This document shows, in pieces, positions 29,326 through 41,316 of a DNA stretch of 64,000 nucleotides (the first letter of the stretch is position 1; each line of letters starts with the position of its first letter). The translations under genes and the position numbers were made by a program. Source of the stretch: Selaginella moellendorffii (Eukaryota > Plantae > Lycopodiophyta). The notes under the pieces are model-generated. The model had not been told where the DNA came from. It did no database searches and saw nothing but the letters and a program-made list of their open reading frames with translations. The DNA is taken from contig NW_003314264.1 of assembly GCF_000143415.4 (NCBI RefSeq), positions 2,303,710 to 2,367,709 on the forward strand, in the 5' to 3' direction.

Positions 29326-32300
29326 AGTTATTTATAAAAATATTTTCAAATCCATCACAAAGCTTTCGGATCCATGGTTTAACCTTTTAAGCCTCATAAA
29401 CCTCATCAAGAGAAGGTAAATTTTGCAACTACTAATAGCATGGAATCCTTGTCCAAAAAATCAAGAGAAGGTAAATAAAAAATTGCTGATAGCATAGAAT
29501 TCTCGTCCAAAAAATCCAAAGAGGCAATATCTCATAACATTATGCCAGCTAAAGAATATCATCATAGTTGAAACAAGTGAATATAGAAGTCCTATAAGAT
29601 CTTAATGAAGTGCTAGCCACAACATTCCCAACATGATCCGCTTTGACATATTTAACTTCAAATGAAGCAAGAGGTTCTTAAAGTAAATGCCAAATTTCAT
29701 CATTGACTTAGATGGCCTTTGACGAAGACAATACAATTGTTAGAAGGCATCATCACAATTGTTAACATGTTTAAATGTGCATTTAAAAATATTTGGGTAT
29801 CATTTGATAAGTGGCTACACTCAAACTATTATACCATTGTAATATTGTTCCTTAAAGACATATGGGAAACCTATATAAATGCTGAGCATCTCAAGAATGA
29901 TAGGTAACAATCACAATGGTACACATTATCACCAGGATTCTGGTCAGACATGAGTATTGGTAATAAGAGCATGAGGAGTTGTACCATATGCCATGAATGT
30001 TGCCATCAATTGAATTGTATGACATTGAGTATTGCACCAACTACTTGTGAGACACAAATCCCTAAGCCCCAAAGTGGAGTTGAAAGGGTGCCATGTGGTA
30101 GTGGCTGAAGCGAAGGCCAAATGAGCATAACACGTTTGGACCAAAAGCTCCGACTTGAAAAGTCGATAGTAGGAGTGGAACTCCTAACGAAGTGCTCAAG
30201 GAATGAGCATAAAGCAAGCAATAAGTGAGTCTTTAGAAAAGGGATACAAGAGGACCAATACATGACACGTGAAAGTGTCCAAGATGGACCTGAGATGGAG
30301 TTCAAAATGGAGTTTGAACGGACTCGAGATGGAGTCCGAGATGGACCCAAGATGGAGTTCGAGATGGACCTGAGATGGAGTCCGAGATGGAGTCCAAGAT
30401 GGACTTGAGAAGGACCTGAGATGGAGTCCGAGATGGACCCGAGATTGAGTCCGAGATGGACCCGAGATTGAGTCCGAGATGGAGTCCGAGATGGACCCGA
30501 GATGGAGTTCAAGATGGATCCGAGATAGAGTCCGAGATGGAGTCCGAGATGGAACCGGGACCGAGACCAAGACCGAGATCGAGACCGAGTCCAAGTCTAA
30601 GACCGAGACCGTGACCGAGTCCAAGTCCGAGTCTGAGTCCGAAGTCCGAATATTAATACAGGCAGTTGGGTGAAAGCCCAAAGCAATCGTCCCCTGGGGG
30701 GGGGGGCTAGGAGTTCCAAAAGTATAGTAGGGAGAGTGTGGGGGTTGGAGCTTAGTGGAGCCAATTTGGCTAGGAAAGGCCAGTTTGGCCTAGGAAGGCT
30801 GTACCCAAGTGTTGGGTGATGAGCTGACCATTAGGAAGTCCAAGACTAGAGTGAATACAGACTGACAAGCGGGGTAACTTAGTGAAGTGTTTAAGAGCCA
30901 ACTCTAATTCCCTTAGGAAGTCCAAGACTAGAGTGAATACAGACTGACAAGCGGGGTAATTTAGTGAAGTGTTTAAGAGCCAACTCTAGTTCCCTTAGGA
31001 GATCGAATAGTCGATGCTCCCAGTCTAAATGTGGGTGGCACTACCTACTTGGATACCTGGCGTGGCTCAACGGAACCTTGTTCTAAGCCCATAACTAGAG
31101 CATCCAAAGGCAAAAGGCGGGAAGAGTACCTAGGAGGCTTGCATAAGGCTACGGTGTTCCGAAATGTTGTCTTAAAGTCCCAGACTATGGAAAGGAAGAG
31201 GAACAATCCTCTAATATGGTGACTATAAATACGGTCGCATGGTGAGGAAGTCCTAGAGGACTGTGGGACTTAGTGGTCCGGCTTGTGGGCCTTGGTCTAG
31301 TGGCAATGTTGGCGAACCCAGTCATGGACAGAAAGGGAGTTGGTGGGGACCAGACAAGAGATATTGGGGAAGGCTATTCCCCATGTTTGCGAGCATCCTA
31401 AGGATGCTAAAGAGTGGATTTGGGATGATCACTCATGGACAGATGACCCAGTCTTTGAGAGATGGGACTGTGATGCTATTGATGTTGGACCACCGATGTG
31501 ACCAAGGTGAATGGGCATGGCCCTAGTATAACAGGCTGGTATGTAAGTGGTACCTTGGGGTGTCGGTCATGGGATTGGACACATGGAGCACTTGGACCAA
31601 GTGCAAAGGTTGAGTGGTATGAATGCCATCCTCGGGGCTTTGGACTTATGGAGGTTATGGATGAGACTCCTCCAAGTGGTCGAAGGTGTGGTTAAGTGAC
31701 TAAAGTAGAATGGAAAATTTAGTCGTTTACAATTTGGTATCGGAGCTGTTCCTTAATCTGACTTTTATTGGTGCTCAAGTATATCACCACTTGTATTGAC
31801 ATGGGAAGGTTTGAGGAGTGGGCCTATCCTTGAGGAGTAGTAAGTCGGGAGGACATGGCTCTCCACTATAGTTCATGTGTGAACTCGTAGGTGAGGTCGT
31901 GGATAAAAACTGGCCAATAAAGGAATGACTTTGGGATCTTGGGAATAGTATAAGGTTTTCCTCAGAGAGTTGAGGATGTGATCCAGATGAGTGTTTGACT
32001 TCGCAAACTGGCTAAAGTAGTTGTGGTAAACAACTATAATTAGGATCACGGGAAAGATAGAGACTCCAAAACAATAAAGGAGTCACAAAATTATCCTTAT
32101 ATAGTTAAGGTTTGTGCTCATGAATTTGAGACCAGAATTAATGACCGTGGGAGGTCAAATATGGTAGAGGACACAAGTCCTTGAAATGGTAGCCAGAGCT
32201 ACCTTTAATAAATGCTGGAACAACCCAAAGAGTTAGGGGTGTGCTTAGAGGATGAGTTGGTATTCTCATCACATAGACAAATAGTCCTAAGGAGCAAAGG

Positions 32301-33464
32301 TTACCCCCAGAGAACAAAATCAAATGTTGATGATGGATAGAAGGTGCTATCCAAATGTCCAAGGTTGCGGAGACAGGAGAAGACCGTTTACTCAAATTGG
32401 ACAAAGCCAAAAATGGAATTTTGGCAAGGTTAGTGATAGGTATATAAAAGCCCATAAGTAGTAATGTTAATCTCGGTGTGTGGGATTATAAGGTGAGCAT
32501 ACTCGGATTGAGGAACCACTCCTTAGGCTATCGGGTAAGTTCATCTCTAAGAATACTTGCTAATGCATGGTAGAATGTGCAAAGCTATCTTCCTAGTATG
32601 GAAGAGAATAATTGAAAGAAAGGTGTGAGACCAAAAGCAAATAGTAAGGGGGTAGAACCAAACTATAAGAATTGAAGAGCATAACTAAAGGTGATTATGC
32701 CAATTGGGAGTGGAGAATCAAGTGGGCGTTCAAGTATGTTGTTATTAACAACCATGATGCTATGGAAAGTTTAAAGCATGGAATTATCCATATTAGACCA
32801 TATGGCAATTAGAAAGTTTGCAAAGGAAAGGCTTTAGCAAGCTAAGGGATAAAGTTCCTTCAAGGTTCCCAAAGACAATTCTAGGTAGCTTAGTACCTAA
32901 AAAACCAAGTGTAAATGGTTTATAGAACGCGTGAAATAAAAATGGCACAACAAAAACGTGGTCTTGAAGCCTGCCATAAGGCAATACTATCAAAGTTGGG
33001 GAAGTAGTTCCCGAGTGTTCAAAAAGATGGTTTTGAACGAAAGTTGATGGTCAAAGACTTTCACGTTTATACATGGAACCATGTTATGTTGGTCAGATGA
33101 CTTGCTAAGCAAAATTGGCAGGTCAGAGGAACAAATCCCCTAGTTGAAGGGGCTAACTTCAAAAAGGGGTGGCCCACAGGGCCAAGTATGGAGGAGTCCA
33201 TGCATGATCACAGATTTGTTAAGTGAGAGGACTTGGCAGTGCAGAGGAACTAGATTCCTAAGCTATGATTTATAGCGCGCTTTAAGTATAAGTTGGTGCA
33301 CTAGCGTGGGGAGTCACACTAAACATCCGGTGTGATGCCGTCCGTAGATGCATATACGAAGGTTGGGTTCAAGTCCCGACCCTCTAGTGCTTGGGTTCGA
33401 GTCCCAACTTACTAGGGCAAGGTGATGGTTTGGAATATGAGAACATTCATTTTTTGGTGGTTAT

Positions 33465-33614
33465 TGTAAGCTCTTGAGTTTGGACTTCCCGGGAGGTCAC
33501 CCAACCTAGTACAAACCCAAGGACGCTTAACCCCAAATATCCCAAGACCCTTAACCGATTGGAAAAGGGCACTTTTATTCATAGGCCCTTTCCCTCTATA
33601 TTTGAACCCCATGG
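33465..33614 (-). mobile_element. Cassandra-type LTR fragment, truncated by a family B insertion
   Basis: Reverse complement of the 3' ~150 bp of the Cassandra LTR including the 5S-like block; abuts the family B LTR end at 33615. Confidence 0.85.
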
Positions 33615-36116
33615 TGTAAGAAACTAAATTTTCACTTCTACTTTAGTCACTTAACCACACCTTTGACCATTTAGAAGAGTCTCACTCACAACCTCCATAA
33701 GTCCTATTTTAGACTTGGGCTTGCTAGCCTTGAGAATGGCATCCTCGCCACTCAACCTTTGCACTTGGTCTAAGTGCTCCATGTGTCCGATCCCATGACT
33801 GACACCCCAAGGTACCACCAACATATCAGCCCATTACGCTAAGGCCATGCCTATTCACATTGGTCACACCGATGGTCTAACACCACCTGCATCACAATCT
33901 TGTCTCTCGAAGATTGGGCCATCCATCCTTGAGTGATCATCCCAGATCCACTCTTTAGCATCCTTAGGATGCCCACAGACATGGGGATTAGCCTTCCCCA
34001 ATATCTCCTTTCCAATCCTCATCAAGTCCCTTTTTGTCCATGGCCGTGCTCACCAACACTGCCATAGGATCAAGGCCCACAGGCCCGACCACTAAGTCCC
34101 ATGATCCTCTAGGACTTCCTCACCATGCGACTGTGCCTTTGGTCACCACACCAGAGGATTACTCCTCTTCCTTTCCACAGTCTGGGACTTTGGGACAACA
34201 TTTCGGAACACCATGGCCCTACTCGGGCCTCCTGAGTACTCTCCCTGCCTTCCGCCTTTGGGTGCTCTAGCCATGGGCTTAGAGCGAGGTTCCGTTGAGC
34301 CACGCTTGGTATCCAAGTAGGTAGTGCCACCCACACTTGGACTGGGAGCATCGGCCAGTTGATCTCTTGGGGGAATTAGAGCCGGCTTTTGAACACTTCA
34401 CCAAGCTACCCCGCTTGTCAGTCCGTGTTCACTCTAGTCTTGGACTTCCCAATGGGCAACTCATCACCCAACATTGGGTATAATCTTCTTGGGCCAAACT
34501 GGCTCCACTGTAGTCCTCCCCCTACTATACTTTTGGAGCTCACCAAACCCCCCAGGGTTTGGGAGACGAATGCTTTGGGCTTTCACCCTCTCAGACTCAA
34601 ACTCGGACTCGGATTCAGACTCGGACTCGGACTCGGACTCGGACTCGGACTCGGACTCGGACTCGAACTCGGACTCGGGCTTGGTCTCGGCCTTGGCCTC
34701 GGTCTCAGTCTCGGTCCCAGTCTCGGTCTCGGTCTCGGTCCCGATCTTGGTCTCGGTCTCGGTCCCAGTCTCTCGGTCTCGACCTCGGACTCCATCTCGG
34801 GTCCTTCTCGGACTCCATCTCGGATTCCATCTCGGGTCTATCTCGGACTCCATCTCGGACACTTCCATGTATCATATGTTAGTCCTTTTAGGTCCCTTTT
34901 TAGAGCCTCGCTTATTGCTCGCTTCGTGCTCATTCCATGAGCACTTTTTTGGCAGTTCCACTCCCGCTCTCGACCTTTCAAGTTGGAGCTTTTAGTCCAA
35001 ATGCGTTACACTCATTTGGCTTTCGCTTTGGCCACTACCACGTGGCACCCTTCCAGCTTCACTTTGGGGCCTAGGGATTTTGTGTCTCACAACCCACCAC
35101 CCATAGATGAAGTTCAATGTCCTCATCGAACGGTAAACCCCTTTTATAAAGTAACACCCGCATGTATTACCATTTCCATCCTTGGCACCCAGTCAAAGTT
35201 TGTCTATGGTTTGATACTAAAGGCTTACCATGCCTTGTCCATCCTCTAAGGAGCATAGTCTCTCCAACTTATAGACTTATTCGACCATTTGTGGTGGTTT
35301 TCTCTGTTTATTGGTTTAGTCCTCGTTAAACCCTTTAGAGACACCCTTTCTAACTCAATTCCACTACTACTTCTCGAGTAGTCTTAAATTCCATTGATAT
35401 AACCTTTGCACTTTGGAACTTTTAATTTTGACTTCTCATAGTCAATTTCTTAGGTGTTTTTGACACTTTACATTGCACATGGTGCAACTCCACTTCCCCA
35501 TCCTAGGAAGTTCTTTATTTGAGGGCACCATCATCCTCCTTTTGATATCGTGCCACCTTTGGCACTAAGTTCTAGTTATCATAGTTTTGTGCTAGGGTTG
35601 CCCACAGCCCTATTATTTGGCTACCTTACCGCTCCCCCCTTTTGAGCATCCACTTTCGCCAAATCAGAGCGGTTAGGAATCCATCCTTGGGGAAATATTG
35701 CCTTTCCCACAATCCGTTAGCACCCAACACATTAGTGTTCTTGGCTTAACTTTGCCATTTGGATTCTTTCCTATAATTCCCTGGCTCTTTTTTTAGCCAC
35801 TAGTCTTTTGCTCCTATCCTTGATTGTTGCACCCAGTAACATAGGATCGCCACCTCCATTTTTGAGGTTTCCTTTTGGTTCCATAGCAAACACTTTGCTT
35901 TGCCAAGTCTAGAGGGTGTTCCCCCTAGTACATCTTTTTAACATTTTCTGCTATGGGGTCCATCCACGGCCCAACTTTTGAGACCTTCCCTTGGATCTCT
36001 TATAGAGACTATTTTCTTCGGATTTACAATGCCATCGCATTGACATAGCTCATTACCTTTAGGTGTTCTTCCCACTTAGTCACCTTGACCAAGCCACACC
36101 ATCATCAATAATTCAA
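33615..36116 (-). mobile_element. Family B element fragment (3' LTR plus ~1 kb interior), inverted inside another family B copy
   Basis: LTR 33615-35091; PPT ATGGGTGGTGGGT on the minus strand at 35092-35104; interior matches 26260-27290. Confidence 0.8.
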
Positions 36117-37417
36117 CTAGCATAAATTATGATAACTAGAACTTAGTGCCAAAGGTGGCACAAAATAGAAGAGATGATGATGGTGCCCTCAAGTAGAGAA
36201 CTTCCTAGGATGGGGAAGTGGAGTTGCACAATATGTACAATGCAAGGTGTTGGAGACACCTAAGAAATTAATTTTGAAAAGTTAAAATTAAAAGTTCCAA
36301 AGTGCAAAAGTTATATCAATGGAAACTGAGATTACTCGAGAATGAGTAATGGGATTGAGTTAGAGAAGGTGTCTCTAACAGGTTTAGCAAGAACTGAACT
36401 AATAAAAAGAGAGACTATGCTCCTTAGAGGATGAACAATGTATGGTGAACCTTCGATGTCAAACCATTAACAAATATTGGCTAGGTGCCAAAGATGGAAA
36501 GGGTAATACATGCTAGTATTACTTCATAAAATAGTTTATCGTTTGATGAGGACATTGAACTTCGTCTATAGGTGGTGGAGTTGTGAGGCACAAATCCCTA
36601 AGCCCCAAAGTGGAGCCAAAAGGGTGCCATGTGGTAGTGGCTGAAGCGAAGGCCAAACGAGCGTAACACATTTGGACCAAAAGTTTTGACTTGAAAAGTC
36701 GAGAGTGGGAATGGAACTCCCAACGAAGTGCTTGAGGAATGAGCATGAAGCAAGCAATAAGTGAGTCTCTAGAAAAGGGACACAAGAGGACCAATACATG
36801 ACACGTGAAAGTGTCCAAGATGGACCCAAGATGGAGTCCAAGATGGACCTGAGATGGAGTCCGAGATGGACCTGAGATGGAGTTTGAGATGGAGTCTGAG
36901 ATGGACCCAAAATGGACCCGAGATGGATCCGAGATAGAGTCCAAGATGGAGTCTAAAATGGACCCGAGATGGAGTCCGAGACGGAGTCTAAGATGGACCC
37001 AAGATGGAGTTCGAGATGGAGTTTGAGATGAACTTGAGATGGAGTCTGAGATGGACTTGAGATGGATCTGAGATGAAGTCCAAGATGGAGTCCGAAATGG
37101 ACCCGAGATGGACCCGAGATGGAGTCCGAGATGGATCCGAGATGGACCCGAGATGGATCCGAGATGGAGTTTGAGATGGACCCGAGATGAAGTTTGAGAT
37201 GAAGTCCGAGATGGACCCAAGATGGAGTCCGAGATGGAGTCTGAGATGGAGTCCGAGATGGAACCAGGACCGAGACCGAGACTGAGTTCGAGTCTGAGAC
37301 CGAGACCATGACCAAGTCTGAGTCTGAGTTCGAGTTCGAGTCCAAGTCTGAATACTAATACAGGCAGTTGGGTGACAGCCCAAAGCGATAGTCCCCTAGG
37401 GGGGGGGGGGGGGGGGG

Positions 37418-38392
37418 NNNNNNNNNNNNNNNNNNNNNNNNNNNNNNNNNNNNNNNNNNNNNNNNNNNNNNNNNNNNNNNNNNNNNNNNNNNNNNNNNNN
37501 NNNNNNNNNNNNNNNNNNNNNNNNNNNNNNNNNNNNNNNNNNNNNNNNNNNNNNNNNNNNNNNNNNNNNNNNNNNNNNNNNNNNNNNNNNNNNNNNNNNN
37601 NNNNNNNNNNNNNNNNNNNNNNNNNNNNNNNNNNNNNNNNNNNNNNNNNNNNNNNNNNNNNNNNNNNNNNNNNNNNNNNNNNNNNNNNNNNNNNNNNNNN
37701 NNNNNNNNNNNNNNNNNNNNNNNNNNNNNNNNNNNNNNNNNNNNNNNNNNNNNNNNNNNNNNNNNNNNNNNNNNNNNNNNNNNNNNNNNNNNNNNNNNNN
37801 NNNNNNNNNNNNNNNNNNNNNNNNNNNNNNNNNNNNNNNNNNNNNNNNNNNNNNNNNNNNNNNNNNNNNNNNNNNNNNNNNNNNNNNNNNNNNNNNNNNN
37901 NNNNNNNNNNNNNNNNNNNNNNNNNNNNNNNNNNNNNNNNNNNNNNNNNNNNNNNNNNNNNNNNNNNNNNNNNNNNNNNNNNNNNNNNNNNNNNNNNNNN
38001 NNNNNNNNNNNNNNNNNNNNNNNNNNNNNNNNNNNNNNNNNNNNNNNNNNNNNNNNNNNNNNNNNNNNNNNNNNNNNNNNNNNNNNNNNNNNNNNNNNNN
38101 NNNNNNNNNNNNNNNNNNNNNNNNNNNNNNNNNNNNNNNNNNNNNNNNNNNNNNNNNNNNNNNNNNNNNNNNNNNNNNNNNNNNNNNNNNNNNNNNNNNN
38201 NNNNNNNNNNNNNNNNNNNNNNNNNNNNNNNNNNNNNNNNNNNNNNNNNNNNNNNNNNNNNNNNNNNNNNNNNNNNNNNNNNNNNNNNNNNNNNNNNNNN
38301 NNNNNNNNNNNNNNNNNNNNNNNNNNNNNNNNNNNNNNNNNNNNNNNNNNNNNNNNNNNNNNNNNNNNNNNNNNNNNNNNNNNNNNNNNNNN
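37418..38392. other. Assembly gap (N run) at the poly-G tract of a family B LTR
   Basis: 975 Ns; the two flanks are nearly adjacent in other LTR copies, so the true gap may be very short. Confidence 0.95.
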
Positions 38393-41316
38393 GGGTTCTA
38401 AAAGTATAGTAAGGAGAGTGTGGGGATTAGAGCCCAGTGAAGTTAGTTTGGCCAGGAAAGGCTAGTTTAGCCCAGGAAGGCTGTACCCAGGTGTGAGGTG
38501 ATGAGCTGACCACTAGGAAGACCAAGACTAAAGTGAATACGGACCGACAAGCGGGGTATCTTGGTGAAGTGTTCAAGAGCTAACTCTAGTTCCCCTGGGA
38601 GATCAAATGGTCGATGTTCCCAATCCAAATGTGGGTGGCACTACCTACTTGGATACCTGGTGTGGCTCAATGGAACCTCGCTCTAAGCCCATGGCTAGAG
38701 CACCCAAAGGTAGAAGGCGGGGAGAGTACCCAAGAGGCTCGCATAGGGTCACGGTGTTCTGAAATATTGTCTCAAAGTCCCAGACTATGGAAAGGAAGAG
38801 GAACAATCCTTTGGTGTGGTGACCAAGGATATGGTCGCGTGGTGAGGAAGTCCCAGAGAACTGTGGAACTTAGTAGTTAAGCTTATGGGCCTTGGTTTAG
38901 TGGCAATGTTGGTGAACCCGGCCATGGATAGAAAGGGAGTTGGTAGGGACCGGACAAGAGATATTGGGGAAGGTTATTCCTCATGTCTGCGGGCATCCTA
39001 AAGATGCTAAGGAGTGGATCTAGGATGACCATTCATGGACGGATGACTTAGTCTTTAAGAGATGGGACTGTGATGTTGGACCACTAGTGTGACCAAGGTG
39101 AATGGGCATAGCCCTAGCGTAACAAGTTGGTATGTAAGTAGTACTTTGGGGTGTCAATCATGGGATCGGACACGTGGAGCACTTGGACCAAGTGTAAAGG
39201 TTGAGTGGCATAGATGCCATCCTTGGGGCTAGCAAGCCCTAAACCTTGGATTGAACTTATAGAGGTTATGGATGAGACTCCTTCAAATCGTTGAAGGTAT
39301 GGTTAAATGACTAAAGTAGAATGGAAGATTTAATTGCTTACATTACTACTCTAGAGTTAAAGAAGGAGGATATTGTTGCTCTGCCATAAAGATGAATGAA
39401 TAGAAAAAAAAAAAGTAAAAGAAAAGAAATTTAAAAAAGCTATAAGGAAAATAAAATATAGATGATGCAAAAGCTAAATCAAAAGCTTAATCCAAGCACT
39501 TCTCATGGACAATTAAAGCTGCCCCTCAATTCTACCAATATTAGTGCATTGAATATGGAAATGAAATACAAAAATGTGCATATTAATTAATCTAAAAACC
39601 CTACTCTATATATAAAAGCAAGTGGTTTGGATTAAAACTAATCTGACAGCTATTATATGTTAATATTAATATACAACATTGTAGTCATATACTTGGACCT
39701 CATAGTATATAATATTATAAGGAATAAATGGTAAAAGTTTTGAGAGATTTACATCCAAAAAAATATTAGAATAAAGGTTAACTAAAAGACTAAAAATAAA
39801 GTGTAGTAAGTAAATATAAATTTTAATTATAAAATAATTTTTTAAAAATATTTTTACATATATATATTTTGTGTGTGTATGTAAATAAAAACTTTCTCCA
39901 ATTATTTTAGAAGGAAAAGAATGATATCTTAAAATGATTAGAAGAAACTTACATATAAGATTGTGAACTAAAACAAATTCAAATCCAATTCAATAAATAA
40001 AATATTATTTTGAGAGATATACATATATATTACAACAATTTAAGCATATATATGTTTTTTTTTTCATATATTTGACACACTTGCAAAACTTTTGGTGAGG
40101 CCACCCCCCAAAACTAGGATCACAAATTACTTAATATATCACAATTTGATTTCTTAGAATTTAAATTATTAATGTATTTTTTTAATTTTCATTTATAATC
40201 TAGGAAAAGTAATATTTTTAAAATTCTAAAAAGAATTAAAAATGCTTGAAAAGTAATTGTCTATGTGTTGCATGTAACGATGCTTGGTTTTGTTGCTTTA
40301 ATCAATTAGAAGTTTATAATTACTATCATGTATATAATTTATAACTAATACTAAGTGTATAACTACGATGCCATATACTAATATTAATGCAGTGGGATTT
40401 TGGTAGCCGTCAAATTGGTTTTAATCCAGACCATTTGCTCTTGTATATAATCTAGGGTTTTTGGGATAATTGATTCTATATTCCCTTTCCATATTCCATG
40501 CACCTATATTAGTAGAGATGAGGGGCATTTTTTATTGTCCCTGAGGAGCGATTGAATTTGGGATTTTGGTTTACATTTAACTTTGCATCCTCTAGATCTA
40601 TCTTTTTCCATTTGCTTTATTTTGTTTTTTCCTTTTATTTAGATTTAGCTTTTGCATTCCCTTTCCTTCTAACTTTTTTTATTTCTCTTTTTTTTACTCT
40701 TTCCTTTTCCTTCATCTTCATAGCGGAGCAATAGCCTCCTCCTCCTTTGACTTTTGAGTAGTAGTTGGTGCAATTGTTTAATGTTATATGATTGCAATTG
40801 AATAACCAAACTCAGTTGATGGCAGCATTTATGGCACCTAGTACAACTCTTTTTGCTCTTAGTGCTAATCCTCACATTCAGTTGGAATTCTTTCATAAGA
40901 ATCCTGAAGATGATGTGTATCATTGGTTTAATCATTTCATGGTGATTATCACATATCATTCTTGGGATGATGCTCGATGTTAGCATGAGTTTCCCACTTG
41001 TCTCTAAGGGACAGCATTACAATAATACAATGGTTTGAGTGTAGCCACTCGTAAGGATTAGAGTATTCTCCCGAATGTTTTCAAACATGCATTCAAACAT
41101 GCCAATGATTGTGATGATGTTTTTCAGCAATTACATTGCCTTTGTCAAAAGCCATCTGAGTTAATGATGCAATTTGGCATTTGTTTCCAAAGTTTTTTAC
41201 TTCATGCAGAGCCAAATATGTCGGAGCGAATCAAGTTAGGAATGTTGTGGCTAACACTTCATCAAAATTTTGTAGGACTTGTGCATGCACTTGTTCCAAC
41301 CACCCTTGATGATGCC

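Larger units (their letters stand above)
30046..39342 (+). mobile_element. Family B LTR element (LARD-like) with nested insertions
   Basis: 5' LTR 30046-31731 (TG..CA), PBS TGGTATCGGAGC (tRNA-iMet), PPT, 3' LTR 36582-39342 (spans the N gap); TSD CTACT/TTACT; flanks rejoin into family A sequence. Confidence 0.85.
23317..39704 (-). mobile_element. Decayed Ty3/gypsy family A element, host of nested insertions
   Basis: 5' LTR ~39538-39704 followed by PBS-like TTGGTAGAATTGAGGGG; gag remnants 29330-30045 and 39343-39530; integrase remnant 23350-24580 collinear with 45660-46920; PPT GAGAAGAGGGGATGA then only ~22 bp of 3' LTR (23317-23338). Confidence 0.75.

Noticed and set aside
33300-33410. Complete tRNA gene
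   Set aside because: Only T-arm-like hairpins; no acceptor, D or anticodon stems could be folded
37372-38409. 345-aa ORF
   Set aside because: Artefact of the N gap
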